A stretch of DNA of 61,647 bases, the filler included, from an uncultured virus (IMG/VR IMGVR_UViG_2061766007_001776) (taxonomy: Duplodnaviria > Heunggongvirae > Uroviricota > Caudoviricetes). It is 7 parts of one record of this genome, joined end to end, with 100 filler letters (N's around TTAATTAATTAA, not from the genome) between each part and the next. Parts side by side here need not be neighbours in the genome. Positions count along the whole stretch, not along the records: positions 1 to 13,238 come from IMGVR_UViG_2061766007_001776; 6 more parts are not named here. One strand, written 5' to 3'. The position numbers and the translations under genes are program-made. Of the stretch, positions 1 through 9,522 are shown piece by piece (the first letter of the stretch is position 1; each line of letters begins with the position of its first letter). Below the pieces are notes generated by a model that had not been told where the DNA came from, did not search any database, and was given only the letters and a program-made list of their open reading frames with translations.

Positions 1-109
1 CCATTTAATGGTCCCATGCAATCCCACGCACCCCCCCGGGGTGTAATCCTAGCTATTTTCGACAGGGGGTCGATTTTAGCTGGATATTCTGCCTTGATAT
101 TTGATAATA

Positions 110-412
110 TTATTCGTCATAAGCTTTCTCAGCTTCCTCTTCCTGCTTCAGCAAGCTCTCGTAATCGATGTCAGCCTCTTCACTGACTACCTTCTTGTAT
201 GTAAGAGGGAACTTAGCAACCCAATCATCGATTGCTTTCTCCTTTAGCATCTCATTGTATGCATCAGGTAAGCTCTCGACAGGGTTAGGAGCAATACGAG
301 CAAGCAGTGCACAAGTATTGTACTGGAACTGCATGTCGATCTTGTACCATTCCTGGAAGTTGTCGAAAGGGTTGAAAGGATTGTCGACGGTTGTTAACAT
401 TACTGCACGCAT
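110..412 (-). CDS. Conserved hypothetical phage protein downstream of the RNAP gene
   Basis: 100-aa ORF with RBS (GAAAGGAGG at ~422-430) and motif MLTTVDNPFNPFDNFQEWY; co-oriented with the RNAP gene. Confidence 0.75.
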   Translation of the reverse strand: MRAVMLTTVDNPFNPFDNFQEWYKIDMQFQYNTCALLARIAPNPVESLPDAYNEMLKEKAIDDWVAKFPLTYKKVVSEEADIDYESLLKQEEEAEKAYDE

Positions 413-416
413 AGCA

Positions 417-3326
417 TTAACCCTCCTTTCCCTTTACATACTTGAATACAGTTGACTTGGATACACCAAGCTCCTTAGCGATGTCTTCCATTGTGTANNN
501 NNNNNNNNNNNNNNNNNNNNCTTTAGCTTTAGGCAATGCTGTAGATATCAATTTAGGTGAAGCCATCTTCTTTACTTTGTCAGTATCTGTATTCTTCATT
601 ATTTCCCTAAGCTTACTAGGGCTTATTGCATTCTTCTGAATTGCTTCCCACTCACGAGGAGTAATATCAATCATTACGTCCTTCTTGTTAGCACCAACAG
701 CTGCTCTTGCTCTGGTCATCTCGAGCTGACGGAACTTCTTCATACGGTCACGGTCAATGCCAGGATTAGCTTCCATGATCTCCTTGATAGCTATGTTGGC
801 GATGACGAGTGCCTGACGCTCCTTAGGTGCATTACGCTTAGCATTCTCGAGCTTCTGATTGAGTGACTCGACCTCATCCTTGTAAGCTGCTGCAGCTTCA
901 GGGTTACGAGGTGCTGGCTTAATGGCAAGCGATTCCTTACGAGCCTCGATAGCAAGGTGCTTCATGTCATTAGCATACTTAGCATAGAGCTCTTCCTGAA
1001 TGTATCCATGCTTCGGATTACTCATCAGCTCTCTTGCATCCTTAACTAGAGACATTTTAGCAACTTTCTCTCTTACAGGCTCTTCCTTGTAAATAACATT
1101 ACCGTTTTCGTCTTTAGCTAAACTTCCATCTTTATTCTTAACTGGTTTCCACATTGTTCTACCAGTTTCCATATATGTAAGTTCTCCAGATGCATCAGGA
1201 CGCCAAGCTTTCTTCATTTTTCCAGTGTCTTCATCATAAGTAGCTAATTGACGCTCTAAAATATGTGCTTCACTTCCTGCTCTACTTAATAATGTAGATG
1301 CTCCACCATAACCTACAGGATTACCATCTTCATCATATTTAATTTGGTATTTTCTCTTAAGTGCATCAATTCCATTTTCTTTATATGAACGCTGCCAATC
1401 CAAATTATGTTTGTCTGCATCTATAACTGTTTGAGAATATCTGACTGCTCTTGCTAACTCATCTGCTGTTGCTGACTGTAATGTCATGTCAGTGATCAAG
1501 TTAGATATAACACCCATTTCTGTCTGAGTTCTTGACTTTGTTAAGTGAACCATTCCTTCTCTGTAAGGGTATTCTCTCTTTGCATCGAAGTCCTTAAGTC
1601 CATCAAGAGGAGCCATGTTCTTAATATCCTTAATGTTTCTTGTAGGTATTACTGTAACAGTGTCTCCATCAAAGTCTGCTCCTGACAATATCTCAGCAAC
1701 ATTATGGTTAATACCAATTGCATCTGGTGCCACATTACCAATGAACTTCTTACCTTCTTTATTCTTATTATTAACAATAAGTCGAGGTATCTGGAATACA
1801 CCTTCATGAGGATATCTGACGAGTACTACTTCTTCTCCATCTTCATATCCAGGTGCATAAACTTCATTGTCTTTAAGTGTATTAATTGGAATCAACACGT
1901 GTGACTGCTGTCTTGGTAATGCTGCTGCCTNNNNNNNNNNNNNNNNNNNNNNNNNNNNNNNNNNNNNNNNNNNNNNNNNNNNNNNNNNNNNNNNNNNNNN
2001 NNNNNNNNNNNNNNNNNNNNNNNNNNNTGCATAAGTTAAATCCAACTGTTTCTTTATCAATTCCTTAGGCTGCTTTGACAAGAACTGAGAAGGAAGTGTT
2101 TTGGACCATTCCATCCAAGTGCCTTCTGCTGAGATCTTGTTTATTGCACCTAATTGATCATTTCCTTTTTCATCTTCATAGTGATATTGTCCATCAGTCA
2201 TTATCTTAGCACCAAAGACTGCATCAACATCATACTTATTCTTGATAGGTTTGAATGCTTTTGCATCGCCTTTGGATCTAGCTTTTGAACAGTTAACAAC
2301 AATATCATAACCTTCAGGAATCTCATCAGAATATACAGCCATTCCCTTAATATAACGATCTGATGGTTCAGGATTGCCATAATCATCGGTCTTTCCTTCA
2401 ACATCACAGTTCTTAACTGCTATTCTGACCTGAGCATAAGTTGAATTTCCAAGTGATAAGTCTTTAACACCTGGTCTAATCTCAACCATACCATCTCGCT
2501 CAGCTCCACCTTCATCAGGCCATCTTACATAAACTCTTGATCTATCAATATAAGTTGGTAATTCTGGTGACCACCAAGTCTTACCTGCATCAGGAGTATA
2601 ATCTTCCATCGAGTGAAGGTTCTGTAGATTCTCGACAATATCCTTTTTAGTTGTTCCAGGAGGTGCTAATACGACAGTACCAGTATACTGCTTCGGATTA
2701 GTAACCTGACGAATATCAATTTTCTGAACAGAGTAACCTTTCTCTTTAAGCATTAATGAAGCAACTCTCATCTGACTTGCTGAAATACCAGTTCTCTGCT
2801 GTCCGTCTTCCCAAGGATATCCAAGTTCTGTACCTGACGAAATATCCAAATATCCGCCTTTATCCTTAAGAATCTTTTCAAGCCTGTCAGCAACTTGCTC
2901 ATTTAACTGCTTTTTAGGATGCTGTGCTCTTTCATAAATTGAACGGGCTGTTGATTCATTCTTCAAGCCCATTTCTTTAGCAATTGCAGTCCAACCCATT
3001 CCTTTTTTATCATGAAGTCTAACAACTCGAACTGCTTGCTGTTTCTTTTCTTGCTGAGATGACATTGAACGTCTTGCCTTAAGTTCATTAATTGAACAGT
3101 TAAAGTGTTCTGCAATCTGTTTATCAGTCCATCCCATATTATGGTATTCATTGTAAACTCTGTGAAATTCCTCATTTCTCTGATAAGGATTATCTCCAGA
3201 ACCCCAAGGATATCTACCCGAATGCCTTGGAGTACCATAATGTTCGATTACATCTTCAGTTCGATGTAAGTCGATATAAGCTCTAAGTTTTTCATCAAGA
3301 CTACCTTCAACCTTATGCGCTCCCAT
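417..3326 (-). CDS. Single-subunit two-barrel (YonO-like) DNA-dependent RNA polymerase with N- and C-terminal HTH segments
   Basis: 969 aa; catalytic motif SGADFDGDTV preceded by VLVRYPH (R-x-P motif); HTH-like segments WTAIAKEMGLKNESTAR and MEDIAKELGVSKSTV; N-terminal IEHYGTPRHSGRYPWGSG; two N gaps. Confidence 0.8.
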   Translation of the reverse strand: MGAHKVEGSLDEKLRAYIDLHRTEDVIEHYGTPRHSGRYPWGSGDNPYQRNEEFHRVYNEYHNMGWTDKQIAEHFNCSINELKARRSMSSQQEKKQQAVRVVRLHDKKGMGWTAIAKEMGLKNESTARSIYERAQHPKKQLNEQVADRLEKILKDKGGYLDISSGTELGYPWEDGQQRTGISASQMRVASLMLKEKGYSVQKIDIRQVTNPKQYTGTVVLAPPGTTKKDIVENLQNLHSMEDYTPDAGKTWWSPELPTYIDRSRVYVRWPDEGGAERDGMVEIRPGVKDLSLGNSTYAQVRIAVKNCDVEGKTDDYGNPEPSDRYIKGMAVYSDEIPEGYDIVVNCSKARSKGDAKAFKPIKNKYDVDAVFGAKIMTDGQYHYEDEKGNDQLGAINKISAEGTWMEWSKTLPSQFLSKQPKELIKKQLDLTYAXXXXXXXXXXXXXXXXXXXXXXXXXXXXXXXXXAAALPRQQSHVLIPINTLKDNEVYAPGYEDGEEVVLVRYPHEGVFQIPRLIVNNKNKEGKKFIGNVAPDAIGINHNVAEILSGADFDGDTVTVIPTRNIKDIKNMAPLDGLKDFDAKREYPYREGMVHLTKSRTQTEMGVISNLITDMTLQSATADELARAVRYSQTVIDADKHNLDWQRSYKENGIDALKRKYQIKYDEDGNPVGYGGASTLLSRAGSEAHILERQLATYDEDTGKMKKAWRPDASGELTYMETGRTMWKPVKNKDGSLAKDENGNVIYKEEPVREKVAKMSLVKDARELMSNPKHGYIQEELYAKYANDMKHLAIEARKESLAIKPAPRNPEAAAAYKDEVESLNQKLENAKRNAPKERQALVIANIAIKEIMEANPGIDRDRMKKFRQLEMTRARAAVGANKKDVMIDITPREWEAIQKNAISPSKLREIMKNTDTDKVKKMASPKLISTALPKAKXXXXXXXXYTMEDIAKELGVSKSTVFKYVKGKEG

Positions 3327-3886
3327 TACATTTCTCCTTTAATAGTTTGTAATATCTTGTCGAATTGAATTATCTGATCCATAATTGGTAAAATCAGTTC
3401 ACCAGTTGGATTTGAAATATCAATTCCATCATTCTGGTAGATTCTTAATTCGAATCCCATTTGTCCTGGTTTCTGATGATATTCTAAACAAAATAGAGCA
3501 GCATAAATATATAACTGCTCCATCTTAGCTGGTATTTCTCCAGTTTTGAGATCGTGAATTCTTAAAAACTTTAGCTTTTCATCATAGGCTATTGCATCAG
3601 CTGTACCAAAACAATTATCAGAGTAATATAAAGGTTGTTCAGGTCTCATTCGAAATCCAATTGCATCATTTACATATTGATCGAATGTTTTAGTTGTTTG
3701 AGGTAACTCGACTCCAAGCTTTATTAATTTTGCAGCTAAGTCATGTAACTCAGTTCCTCTTTGCACTGCCATAAATCTTCTATAACGGTTTTTAAGTTTT
3801 TCAGGATCGTCTTTTAGCCATCCATGTTTTGAAGCTCCAAGAAAGGCATGACTACCTAATATCTTGGAATGATTGTTCCATTGCAT
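3326..3886 (-). CDS. PD-(D/E)XK nuclease-like protein (DUF2800-like)
   Basis: Motifs HAFLGAS, GTELH, FGTADAI, IHDLKTG, QLYIYA. Confidence 0.7.
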   Translation of the reverse strand: MQWNNHSKILGSHAFLGASKHGWLKDDPEKLKNRYRRFMAVQRGTELHDLAAKLIKLGVELPQTTKTFDQYVNDAIGFRMRPEQPLYYSDNCFGTADAIAYDEKLKFLRIHDLKTGEIPAKMEQLYIYAALFCLEYHQKPGQMGFELRIYQNDGIDISNPTGELILPIMDQIIQFDKILQTIKGEM

Positions 3887-4148
3887 TCAGTACCTCCTCT
3901 TTATTCTCAGGATAAATAAAGGAGGAAAAAGACATCTCATTCATTTTATTAACATAATAGTCCTGATTAGGTCTATGTGATGCCTTTTCAGATTTCTTAT
4001 CTTCTAATGTCGCCCAATGATTATTATAGAAGATTGTCAAATCAGGAACACCTTGTAAATATCCAGAATCGTTCTTAACAACGATACAACCTGGAAATCT
4101 CTCATGCAGTTCCTTGATTAGATTTGATTGAAAATCTCGTTCTAACAT
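3852..4148 (-). CDS. VRR-NUC / Holliday-junction-resolvase-like nuclease
   Basis: MLERDFQ...GVPDL...LEDK...PNQ pattern; ATG at 4148 with AAAGGAG RBS. Confidence 0.75.
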   Translation of the reverse strand: MLERDFQSNLIKELHERFPGCIVVKNDSGYLQGVPDLTIFYNNHWATLEDKKSEKASHRPNQDYYVNKMNEMSFSSFIYPENKEEVLNAMEQSFQDIR

Positions 4149-4185
4149 GTCGTCTCCTTTTGTGCTGTTGATATTTGTAAAAAAA

Positions 4186-4240
4186 CAGGACACTATTTTA
4201 CTCAAGCCAAATTAAGTTAGAAGTTTTGCTGTTAGTGTCC
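4186..4240 (-). ncRNA. ACAGCAA-family structured RNA unit
   Basis: GGACACT-AACAGCAA-...-AGTGTCC-TG; 7-bp closing stem. Confidence 0.6.
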
Positions 4241-4259
4241 AAATATCATTTTTGTTAAA

Positions 4260-4330
4260 CAGGATACTTAAATAATTGAAAGGAGTTCGCGCATCAAAGA
4301 TTTTCCAAATAGATTTGCTGTGAGTATCCC
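4260..4330 (-). ncRNA. ACAGCAA-family structured RNA unit
   Basis: GGATACT-CACAGCAA-...CTTTGAT...-AGTATCC-TG. Confidence 0.6.
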
Positions 4331-4438
4331 AATATCATTTTCATAAAAAATATAAAAGGGATTTACGGTATGCTTTCAAATCGACTAAATCCTCATTCGA
4401 TATAATCGATTATCCAGAAAGCTTACACTATCCCCTTC

Positions 4439-4465
4439 TTATAATAGAAGCGAATTTTTTCGCGA
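4439..4465 (-). promoter_or_regulatory. Phage 27-bp promoter-like motif
   Basis: TCGCGAAAAAATTCGCTTC-TATTAT-AA; same spacing as >20 other copies. Confidence 0.65.
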
Positions 4466-4492
4466 ATTTTGGCCTGTTTGAGAAAATATCAT

Positions 4493-4771
4493 TTATTCTC
4501 TATCAACAAACTCACCTTCTTGATTCACTATATCACTACCTATCTTTATTAACTTAGCTAAACAGTTGTCACAAATATCATGTATGGTAATGTAACTGAA
4601 ACGCTGATGCTTACCATCAAATATAAATTCTTCTTCCATCACTGGAGCAGGTAATACTATCTTACCGTTTTTCCCAGATTCATTTACTGAATTCGGTAAA
4701 TACTTACTATTGTTAGGACTGTATTCCTGCATACAAATATCGCAGAATGTTTTCTCAATAACTCTCTTCAT
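4493..4771 (-). CDS. Small CxxC..CxxC zinc-binding protein
   Basis: CDIC ... ICDNC; RBS present. Confidence 0.6.
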   Translation of the reverse strand: MKRVIEKTFCDICMQEYSPNNSKYLPNSVNESGKNGKIVLPAPVMEEEFIFDGKHQRFSYITIHDICDNCLAKLIKIGSDIVNQEGEFVDRE

Positions 4772-4797
4772 ATTATTCTCCTTTGATAAAATATCTT

Positions 4798-5103
4798 TTA
4801 ATAAATACCAGCTTGCTTTGACTCAAATGTAATATCATAAAATAAAGTAACATTAGGATTTTCATGTGGTTCAAATGCTAATCCTTGGCAACCATAAAAT
4901 ACATTATTATCAAGTATTAATGTAAATGATTCTTCAGGGTATAACTTGGCTGACGTTAGGATTTTCTCAGCTTCCTCTTTACCTAGTTGTTCTACTTCTA
5001 TAAATAAGTGATCTTTATAAACAGTATAACTAAATAATTTAAGATGAATATTAACATCGCCTAACATTTTAGTATCTTGTATATAACAATTTATATCGCA
5101 CAT
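4798..5103 (-). CDS. Hypothetical protein
   Basis: 101-aa ORF with AAGGAG RBS. Confidence 0.6.
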   Translation of the reverse strand: MCDINCYIQDTKMLGDVNIHLKLFSYTVYKDHLFIEVEQLGKEEAEKILTSAKLYPEESFTLILDNNVFYGCQGLAFEPHENPNVTLFYDITFESKQAGIY

Positions 5104-5120
5104 ATTAATTTCTCCTTTCT

Positions 5121-6326
5121 TTATTCAAACAGACTATCATAGAACTTCTGTTCATTAAATTTCTTTTTAGTGTGTATTGCTCTGTCTATACCCTTGTCAA
5201 TGGAAGAACGTGTTTTAAGATGATAATACCACAAGTCTTTGTATTTTGTAGTAAGTCTATCGATACGACCTGCTGCTTGTACCATCATTTTATATGAATA
5301 GTTTTGTGAAAAGAATATAATTGTATCTGTCAGTGTACAGTTCCATCCTTCACTTCCTGCACTATACTGAACTAGATACGCCCATGATCGAGTTTGAGGG
5401 ATTGGTTGGTGTACATGTCCATTCCATTGAGCAAAGGGTAATTTCATTTGAGTAAACAAGTCTGTAAGTAATTCGAGTTCATAGTTGTAATTGTAAAATA
5501 TAATTACTTTCTGCTTCTCTTCAATTTTATCCATTACAACCATTAGTTTCTCTGGCGAACTATTACAAACTTTTCTTAAAGCGCCACATAACTCTGCAGC
5601 ATTTTTAAATGGTTCATTCTTATCATAGTTAAACTTGTCATGCAGTAACTTGCGATATAAAGTTTCATCATAATGTACATAAATATCTATATGATGTTGT
5701 TCAGTTGGTCTTTCGAATGGCATGTCTACGAGTAACTGTGCTCTTAACTGTTCAAGCTTCTTTACATTCAAATACCTTTCAACTTTCCTAAACTTGGTAA
5801 AGGGACTATAGACAACATGTTGTAACCTGAAGTCAGTGAAGTTACGGTAAAAGCCATTTGCTATAAACACTGGAATGTAGTCAAGCCAAGTGTCACCAGG
5901 AGTAGCACTTAATAGAATCCATTCATTACGTTTAGTAATCTTAAGGAACGCCTTAACCCAAGCACCTGTACCTATTACTCGCTGTTCGTCAAATATAAAG
6001 TAAGCATCAGTTACATTTATATAGTTCTTAACATTATTCCAGCTGTCTATGTAAATATCATTTCCAAAGTTCTTACCATGCTTGACCAAACCAAAGTGAA
6101 CAAGCTCGTCATCCCATTCATTAGTATCACGCTTTCTTGCAGTTGTGATAATATAAAGGTCTTTCATTTTCTTTGGAAATTTGAAAGGCTCAATAGAACC
6201 TCCAGCTTTTAAGAAAAAATAAGAGATACTTGTTATACTCTTACCTGAACCAACACCACCACATAAGATACAACCATTATGCATTTGTTCAAGTGCTTTC
6301 TTTTGGTGTTCTCTTAACTTAACCAT
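5121..6326 (-). CDS. Superfamily 2 helicase
   Basis: Walker A GGVGSGKS, Walker B FDEQ, motif III LSATP, motif VI QAAGRIDR. Confidence 0.9.
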   Translation of the reverse strand: MVKLREHQKKALEQMHNGCILCGGVGSGKSITSISYFFLKAGGSIEPFKFPKKMKDLYIITTARKRDTNEWDDELVHFGLVKHGKNFGNDIYIDSWNNVKNYINVTDAYFIFDEQRVIGTGAWVKAFLKITKRNEWILLSATPGDTWLDYIPVFIANGFYRNFTDFRLQHVVYSPFTKFRKVERYLNVKKLEQLRAQLLVDMPFERPTEQHHIDIYVHYDETLYRKLLHDKFNYDKNEPFKNAAELCGALRKVCNSSPEKLMVVMDKIEEKQKVIIFYNYNYELELLTDLFTQMKLPFAQWNGHVHQPIPQTRSWAYLVQYSAGSEGWNCTLTDTIIFFSQNYSYKMMVQAAGRIDRLTTKYKDLWYYHLKTRSSIDKGIDRAIHTKKKFNEQKFYDSLFE

Positions 6327-6553
6327 TACATATTCTCCTTTAAGAAAATATCATTTAATTCGATTTCATCATTATGAAAGTTCTTAATGAATTCCTCTAA
6401 ATATTTGATATCTCTGTAACATAATCTTTGTGTAACACCATACCTTTTCATTAAAGGACATTCATCGCAACCAAGAGTAGGATCTACGTTATAGTGTTCT
6501 TTGCATATTGCTACTTTTTGACTATCGGTCAAGCATTTACGTGGTATCTTCAT
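6326..6553 (-). CDS. Hypothetical Cys-rich protein
   Basis: 75-aa ORF, translationally coupled to neighbours. Confidence 0.55.
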   Translation of the reverse strand: MKIPRKCLTDSQKVAICKEHYNVDPTLGCDECPLMKRYGVTQRLCYRDIKYLEEFIKNFHNDEIELNDIFLKENM

Positions 6554-6830
6554 ATGAACTCCTTAAATTATTATCCTTAAACTCAGGAACATCTACATTA
6601 GCAACTGATATGTAACCTAATACTTCAACTTCGTCATAACCTTCGTTCCAATCGTTATGCCATGTATAAACATTTGAATCAAAAGTACATTCAAGGATCT
6701 CATTACTATAATTCCAATCGTCTTCCCAAGAATATTTATAACGAAGTTTAACGATATAATCGTCTATTGGCTTATTACCTAAAAATTTAAAAAAATCAAT
6801 TAATGTCATACTTATTTCCTCAAATATCAT
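6537..6830 (-). CDS. Hypothetical protein
   Basis: ORF within the operon; start may be slightly internal. Confidence 0.55.
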   Translation of the reverse strand: MIFEEISMTLIDFFKFLGNKPIDDYIVKLRYKYSWEDDWNYSNEILECTFDSNVYTWHNDWNEGYDEVEVLGYISVANVDVPEFKDNNLRSSYEDTT

Positions 6831-7451
6831 TTAGTGTTTAACAGGCCACTCAAAACCAAAGTCACTTCTTTTAATCTTACAAATTGGATAGTCACCTGTA
6901 GGGTCAGTTAACCAGAATACTATTCCTTCTATTTCGTTATTATCTAAATACTCTCTAAGAATATCTATATTTAATTTACGATTTTGTAATTCTGTAATAA
7001 TACAAGTGCCATGTTTGTACAAAGTATCTTTCTCTAATTTATAAGGATTGCCTTGGAAATGTGGCCCAATAGCTTCATAAGTTACTGGCTGTATTTCATC
7101 GCCACTTTCAATTGCATGTGACTCTTTATAATTATTAAAAGCAGCAATATACCATTTATCTTCTGCTTTATCTGAATTAAGTTCTACCCAATGGGGCCAA
7201 TGTCCTGTAACTTGATCTGGAATATCTTGACAAGGTATTGCACCTTCTGGAACTTTCTTACCAGCTTTAGCATCATATCTCTTGTACCATTTATCATTAA
7301 TTACAGCACAACAAGATCCATCAATCTTAACAGTAGGAATGCATTCACCGTTTAATACAACTTGTAATCTTTCGTCTGATAGTTTATCTGTTATTCCAAC
7401 AACTTTATGATTTTCATATATTCTTTCAAATAATGTAGGTATTTTTCTCAT
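6831..7451 (-). CDS. ATP-dependent RNA ligase-like protein (DUF5565 / RNA ligase 1 family)
   Basis: Nucleotidyltransferase motifs TVKIDG (I), YEAIG (III), EGIVF (IV), KIKRSDF (V). Confidence 0.75.
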   Translation of the reverse strand: MRKIPTLFERIYENHKVVGITDKLSDERLQVVLNGECIPTVKIDGSCCAVINDKWYKRYDAKAGKKVPEGAIPCQDIPDQVTGHWPHWVELNSDKAEDKWYIAAFNNYKESHAIESGDEIQPVTYEAIGPHFQGNPYKLEKDTLYKHGTCIITELQNRKLNIDILREYLDNNEIEGIVFWLTDPTGDYPICKIKRSDFGFEWPVKH

Positions 7452-7465
7452 ATTATTCATCTCCT

Positions 7466-7789
7466 TTACCAATTTGTAGCAGCATTAAATATCTTTATTT
7501 TAACTTCTTCATATGTATTAGGTGTACAAACTACATTACTTTCTTTATCTAATGATATAATTTCTATTATGCAATTAGCATTCAAAATATCATTTTTAGT
7601 TTTATCCATTTTTTCTTTTAAGTTATCATCTGCAAATAATATTAACGAAGCTAAACCCTCACTATTAAAGTAATCTTCAGCAAAGTTTTTATCGCATTCA
7701 GTAACTGGATAAAACTTACTAATGTGATCCACATTAATTGCATACTTACTACCTTTTTCAACACCATCAACTTCAATAAAATTTATCAT
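7466..7789 (-). CDS. Hypothetical protein
   Basis: 107-aa ORF with GGAGG RBS. Confidence 0.6.
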   Translation of the reverse strand: MINFIEVDGVEKGSKYAINVDHISKFYPVTECDKNFAEDYFNSEGLASLILFADDNLKEKMDKTKNDILNANCIIEIISLDKESNVVCTPNTYEEVKIKIFNAATNW

Positions 7790-7819
7790 ATATATTCCTC
7801 CATTTTTAAATATTGCTTA

Positions 7820-7891
7820 CAGCCCCTACTGGATTCGAACCAGTACATGACAGAATCAAAATCTGCTGCCTTACCATTTGGCGAAGAGGCT
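7820..7891 (-). tRNA. tRNA-Gln(TTG)
   Basis: Cloverleaf: acceptor AGCCTCT/AGGGGCT, D-loop AATGGTAA, anticodon arm GCAGA-TTTTGAT-TCTGT, T-arm ACTGG-TTCGAAT-CCAGT; no encoded CCA. Confidence 0.92.
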
Positions 7892-7898
7892 ACAAATA

Positions 7899-8129
7899 TC
7901 ATTTTGTATAATATAGAGTGGCTGACTTAAATGCTTCAACTTCAGTAAAAGCATGAATAAAAGCAATTTTATTATCAGTTAAACAAACACAGTTAAATAC
8001 ATTATCGTTATCTATATCTTTAGTTTCTGTCTTCATGTATACTTTTTTATCTATCATGAAACATTCACCTGGTGCAATATCACCAAACTTCTTTGTTGTT
8101 TTAGACATTTCTTCTATCTTCATATTCAA
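7899..8129 (-). CDS. Tandem paralog family member (F.D..PG.CF motif)
   Basis: FGDIAPGECFM...YMK...FNCVCL. Confidence 0.65.
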   Translation of the reverse strand: MNMKIEEMSKTTKKFGDIAPGECFMIDKKVYMKTETKDIDNDNVFNCVCLTDNKIAFIHAFTEVEAFKSATLYYTK

Positions 8130-8136
8130 TCTCCTT

Positions 8137-8403
8137 TTAAATTATTACTTTATCTTCTATAACAATATGTGCTTTTATTGGTTGAATTTCAGTATTGTTA
8201 GTAATACATAACAAACTGTTTTTAGTTAAGTCAACCGTATTAAATATATGTTCATCATTATACAAAGTTGTTGACTTCACTTTCATAAACAAATTCGGTT
8301 CTGAATCAGATATTGGTCCAACTAACATAAAACACTCACCAGGAAGAATATCTTTAAAGAACGTTTCACCTAATTCTTTAGGTTCTGGTCTTATTATTTT
8401 CAT
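8137..8403 (-). CDS. Tandem paralog family member
   Basis: FKDILPGECFM...FMK...FNTVDL. Confidence 0.65.
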   Translation of the reverse strand: MKIIRPEPKELGETFFKDILPGECFMLVGPISDSEPNLFMKVKSTTLYNDEHIFNTVDLTKNSLLCITNNTEIQPIKAHIVIEDKVII

Positions 8404-8413
8404 ATTTACTCCT

Positions 8414-8629
8414 TTAATAACTAAGTGTCGCGTCTAACTTATATACGCTTGTAAATGGTGCTATTTCTGTAATCTTATTAGTATTTAAGTTAACTGCATT
8501 GTATGCATCTGCAATTACATAAAGAGTGTTTATCTTTAAATATACTTTTTCGTCATCAATTATCTTAAAACAATCGCCTGGTTTAAGATCTTCAAATGCT
8601 ATTCTTAATTGTTCTTTTACTATTTTCAT
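8414..8629 (-). CDS. Tandem paralog family member
   Basis: FEDLKPGDCFK...YLK...YNAVNL. Confidence 0.65.
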   Translation of the reverse strand: MKIVKEQLRIAFEDLKPGDCFKIIDDEKVYLKINTLYVIADAYNAVNLNTNKITEIAPFTSVYKLDATLSY

Positions 8630-8631
8630 AT

Positions 8632-8916
8632 TCAGTCTCCTTTAATAATTAATGTTGCATCAATTGGTATCACTGGTGTAATAGATCCTACCACTGTTGC
8701 TTGATTAGTTGTTAGATTTATAGCATTATATATGTTATTTAAACCTAAACTTGAATTAAACAGGAAAGTATATTCATTACCAATAAATAATACTAAAGGA
8801 TTTATTTTCAGAAACATATGATTAGGATTACCAGCTAACATAAAGCAATCACCTGGATGAAGTGTTTCAAAATCTACATGCAACGCCATAAGCGTTAAAC
8901 TATTAACTATCTCCAT
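8632..8916 (-). CDS. Tandem paralog family member
   Basis: FETLHPGDCFM...FLK...YNAINL. Confidence 0.65.
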   Translation of the reverse strand: MEIVNSLTLMALHVDFETLHPGDCFMLAGNPNHMFLKINPLVLFIGNEYTFLFNSSLGLNNIYNAINLTTNQATVVGSITPVIPIDATLIIKGD

Positions 8917-8927
8917 AACATACTCCT

Positions 8928-9139
8928 TTAAAATATCACAACTTTTGCATTTAATAATAAAACGGTGCTATCTGGTAAAAAGAAATGTCCAGTTCCTTTT
9001 AATAAATCAATAGCATTTACTGATTTAAATGTATCAACTCCAGTCATTGGTTCAACTTTCATANNNNNNNNNNNNNNNNNNNNNNNACTTCGGAAAAATA
9101 TATTGTATTCTTTTCATGTCTTTTATCTTCTATATTCAT
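8928..9139 (-). CDS. Fifth tandem paralog (gap-interrupted, absent from the ORF track)
   Basis: Manual translation MNIEDKRHEKNTIYFSEV-gap-MKVEPMTG...VNAIDLLKG...LNAKVVIF; AGGAG RBS. Confidence 0.55.
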
Positions 9140-9391
9140 ATTATACTCCTAAAATGATTTTATATCATACTTGCACGCTGAAAGGATAACATACATTTCT
9201 TGTAGTCAAAACATCATGATACTTTACTTTATTACAATAAACGCAAGTATACTTCCATGTATACACATTACTTTTATCTTGTTTGCTAATACGATATACT
9301 ATTTTTTTCTCATATCTGTGTAAGCACATATCTTTCCTCCAAATATCATTTTTCACAATACCCAACCGCTAACGCGTAGACTCATTTACCA

Positions 9392-9510
9392 AATGCCTCT
9401 GTAACGCACCAGAATGCCCATTTAGGCCCCTTTCGTATTTTACCCTGCAATTATACCAGGAATATACCAAACAGGCCTTAAAAGGCAAATCTGTGCGTTC
9501 TAAGGCTATT
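9392..9510. repeat. 119-bp imperfect palindrome, copy 1
   Basis: AATGCCTCTGTAACGCAC...GTGCGTTCTAAGGCTATT; homologous to 31525, 32975 and 41538. Confidence 0.85.
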
Positions 9511-9522
9511 CTAGAATATCAT

